Assembly: GCF_964355755.1 (NCBI RefSeq)
Contig: NC_092670.1
Location: 10,096,201-10,160,200, forward strand
Direction of reading: 5' to 3'
Length of the DNA: 64,000 nt
DNA from: Antedon mediterranea
Taxonomy: Eukaryota > Animalia > Echinodermata
The notes under the pieces were generated by a model. The model had not been told where the DNA came from. It ran no database searches and was given only the letters and a program-made list of their open reading frames with translations. The translations under genes and the position numbers were made by a program. Positions 60,860 through 64,000 of this stretch are shown in pieces; position 1 is the stretch's first letter; each line of letters opens with the position of its first letter.

Positions 60860-61875
60860 GTTGGCCATGAGTTTTATTTTTAACTTACAAAATATGGTTA
60901 GGCTCATCTATTCAAGTAGCGAGCTATTACAACTACGTGATCAAAACAAAGCACACCTGGACAAAGCGTACCTGAGTAATGCCTCCGTTGGAAAGTACAT
61001 TGACTGGCCTAAAGAAATCAAACGCCGCAAACGAGGTAAAGCAGGAGGTCTTAGAAAGCGAATTCGACGGAGAAGATCCAGACCGTACATCCCGTCACTG
61101 ATAATCGGTGATGTACAATCGCTGGATAGCCAACAAGGGCTGAAATGAATGAGCTCAGATCAAATGTGCAGCACCTAAATGAATTTAGGAATGTAAGTTT
61201 AATTTCATTTACTGATACATGGCTAACTGACCAACACAATGATAGTCATACTGAGCTAAGTGGTTTTTATATGGTACGTGGGGATAGAGACTCGCTGGCA
61301 ACTGGTAAATCGAAAGGCGGTGGTCTGTGTTTATACGTTAATAAGGGATATTGCCATCCAAATAACGTATCGGTAAAATGCCATGTATGTACTCCAAACT
61401 CAGAAATCATGGTGACTAACATTCGCCCATACTACATACCACAAGTGTTCTCACACGTCATCGTAATGATATCGAACCAAAATCACCTGATGCTTTGATC
61501 ATCATAAATGGAGATTTCAATCACTGTACTACTATCAGCACGTCGCATGTAATACTAGACTGAACAATAAACTAGACCTTTGCTATTCTAATCTAAAGAA
61601 CGCTTACATGTCTACAAAGTTGCCAGGATTGGGAGACCATGATCTGGTTATGTTACGACCAAGATACACCCCGCTCCACAAGACGAATAAACCAAAACAA
61701 ATCACCGTAAAGAGATGGACAAACGACGCGATGCTGCAACTGCAAGGTGCACTAGAAGCAACTGATTGGGACTGTTTTAAAAACTGTTGTAACTCCATAC
61801 ATGATTTGACACAAATCGTAAGCGACTATATCTGTTTCTGTAGCGAACTAGTTATCCCTACAAAAATAATTAATA
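60860..61875 (+). mobile_element. Degenerate 5' part of a Rex1/Babar-like LINE (endonuclease region)
   Basis: YSSSELLQLR..RRKRGKAGG, FTDTWL, RGDRD..GKSKGGGLCLYVN, RPYYIP, GDFN, LDLCY, DHDLV; frameshifted. Confidence 0.8.
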
Positions 61876-61920
61876 AATAATAGGTCTAGCTACAGTAATG
61901 CTAGGAATATAGTAGATGAA

Positions 61921-63390
61921 ATGAAGGTAAAGGTTCCTACTTTGAAGGAATCAGATGATATTGATATATATTTTAGAACATTTGAACACTTGGCAGAAGC
62001 CACAGGTTGGGATAAGAATACGTGGTCCGCTAGGTTAGCACCTGAACTGTCTGGTAAAGCTAGGACAGCATATGCATCCTTAACCGTAAAAGAATGTGTA
62101 GATTATGATACCTTAAAGGAGGCAGTCTTAGAAAAGTATGATGTGTCCGCACAGACCTACTACAGATTTAAATTTAGAAATTCAAACAGAGTTAAAGATA
62201 TGCCCATCAGGGAATGGCTGAATGAGCTCTCCCATTATTTAAAATGTTGGATGAAATGTGCTAATGTAAAAGAAGATGATGCTGCAGGCATTATTGAAAT
62301 GATTATAATGGAACAGGCACTTGATAAAATGCCTGAAGATCTGAGGCTTTATCTTAGAGATAAACAAGTAAATAAGAGCTATGATATGGCTATGATAGCC
62401 GATGATTATATAGCTAATAGAGGTGGCCGTGGCTATTGGAATGCCGTAAATTCTGAAAATAAGCCTACGTATTATAAGGGCCAAGAAAATAGTAAACCTA
62501 AGAATAGTACGACTCAGAATAACCCTGGAGCTAGGCAGCAAGGATACAATAGGTATCGCGGAAGGGGAGGCAAATTCCATAACTATGGTAGAAATTTCCA
62601 ACAGAGAGAACCTTCGAATGAATGGATTAATGGCCTATGTTTTAATTGTAAGGAGAAGGGACATAAAATAGGGGATTGTCCTAAGATGGTAGCAAAAGGA
62701 AAGACTAGTGACACTAAGAAGGGCCCGAATGTGAAAGATGGCTTAAGATGTGAAGGAATAAAATCAGATAGACCCCAAGTAGTTATGGATAGTGTAGAAA
62801 ATAAAATGGAGAAGTGTACAATACCAGGAAAATTAGAAGGACAGGATATAACTATTCTTAGAGACTCGGGATGTACCCAGTCAGCTGTTAAGGAAAGTCT
62901 AGTGCCTAACAAATGTTACATGCCAGGAAAATGGGTTACGTTAAGAGGTATAGGAGGCGATATTACCGTCCCCTTAGCTGAGGTAGCTATAGAAAGTAAG
63001 ATAGTGACAGGAAAAGTGATTGTAGCCGTAATCGAACGATTACAGAGGGACATGTTATTGGGTCATGATTTGGACCAGAATTGTGGGGAAACAATGGCTA
63101 AAGAAATGTTCGTCCTAACTAGGGAGCAAGCCAGAATAGAAAATGATGTTAGAATACAAGACGAAATGATATTGTTAGGGAAAGATAGTAACTTTAAGCC
63201 GATAGAAGAGCCGCCTAAAGAAACTAATGTACAATTGTTGAAAACAGTAGTAAATGACAACAAAGTAAATAAAACTAAGTGTTTAGATGATATGAATGGT
63301 ACAGAAATGAATAATTTGTTTGACAAAAATGAGGATAAAGCTAAGATAAAACAGTCAAACGTAAAACTTATGAACAACAGCACAAGCTGA
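61921..63390 (+). CDS. Gypsy (Gmr1-like) gag-protease: SCAN-like capsid region, CCHC knuckle, aspartic protease
   Basis: DDIDIYFRTFE..A...W..W..L.GKA..AY; CFNCKEKGHKIGDC; LRDSGC. Confidence 0.88.
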   Translation: MKVKVPTLKESDDIDIYFRTFEHLAEATGWDKNTWSARLAPELSGKARTAYASLTVKECVDYDTLKEAVLEKYDVSAQTYYRFKFRNSNRVKDMPIREWLNELSHYLKCWMKCANVKEDDAAGIIEMIIMEQALDKMPEDLRLYLRDKQVNKSYDMAMIADDYIANRGGRGYWNAVNSENKPTYYKGQENSKPKNSTTQNNPGARQQGYNRYRGRGGKFHNYGRNFQQREPSNEWINGLCFNCKEKGHKIGDCPKMVAKGKTSDTKKGPNVKDGLRCEGIKSDRPQVVMDSVENKMEKCTIPGKLEGQDITILRDSGCTQSAVKESLVPNKCYMPGKWVTLRGIGGDITVPLAEVAIESKIVTGKVIVAVIERLQRDMLLGHDLDQNCGETMAKEMFVLTREQARIENDVRIQDEMILLGKDSNFKPIEEPPKETNVQLLKTVVNDNKVNKTKCLDDMNGTEMNNLFDKNEDKAKIKQSNVKLMNNSTS

Positions 63391-64000
63391 ACCTAACTAA
63401 ACAAGAACTGATCAAATTGCAAACTAATGATGACTCACTCAAAGGAGTGTTTGACAGGGTAGTCCCTATAGAAGAAATAGGTCAGAATAGGGTATGTTTC
63501 TTTATGAGACAAGGTATATTGATGAGAAATTGGAGTAGTATTAAAGATAAGAATAACCAAGTGGAACAGATTGTATTACCCACTCAGTGTAGACAGGGTG
63601 TATTACACTTAGGTCATAATGTGCCATTTGCAGATCACATGGGTGTTGAGAAAACTAAAAGTAGGATCCTGAACCAATTCTATTGGCCAGGTATATTTAA
63701 AGATGTTGTAGTCTATTGTAAAGTCTGTAAGGAATGCCAAAAGGTAGATAAGGGTAAAAGTAAAAGGAAACATACTTTGATACCATTACCGATTATAAGT
63801 ACACCATTTAAACGTATAGCGATAGACATTGTTGTTGTCTTATCTAGAACAAGCCGTAATAACAAATATATGCTTACTATAATTGACTATGCTACGAGAT
63901 ATCCGGATGCTATCCCGTTACCCAATGTTAGAGCTGAAACAGTAGCCAGGGCTCTAATAGAAGTCTTTACTAGAGTAGGATTACCCGAAGAGATTGTACA
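63345..64000 (+). mobile_element. Gypsy integrase in the -1 frame, open to the window end
   Basis: QIVLP..CR..VL.LGH..PFADHMG..KT..RI...FYWPG...YCKVCKECQK, PFKRIAIDIV, IDYATRYP. Confidence 0.88.

Noticed and set aside
63345-63390. Programmed -1 frameshift between protease and integrase
   Set aside because: No X XXY YYZ heptamer in the overlap; a mutational indel is more likely.

Overview
AT-rich, intron-containing eukaryotic DNA from an invertebrate animal; the transposon and gene repertoire suggests a marine deuterostome such as an echinoderm (inference). The main host gene is a 7-exon GTDC1/QTMAN orthologue on the + strand (60..28319). It carries a 1-nt frameshift in exon 2. On the - strand is a tandem cluster of four fibrinogen-related (FReD) paralogues: a complete signal peptide-PAN/Apple-FBG gene nested in GTDC1 intron 5, a 5'-incomplete copy, a pseudogene, and a last exon. 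Much of the rest is mobile DNA: an intact CR1/L2-group LINE whose ORF has a 2A-like StopGo motif behind a signal-peptide-like Cys-rich leader; a Penelope-like element with inverted pLTRs carrying a variant hammerhead motif; a solo pLTR-like insert with a canonical minimal hammerhead in (TA)n; nested Helitrons; Harbinger-, Kolobok-, MULE- and Academ-type DNA elements; degenerate Tx1 and Rex/Babar LINEs; and a Gmr1-like gypsy element running off the right end. Coordinates were read by eye and may be off by a few bases. Family assignments come from motifs and terminal structure, not database searches.
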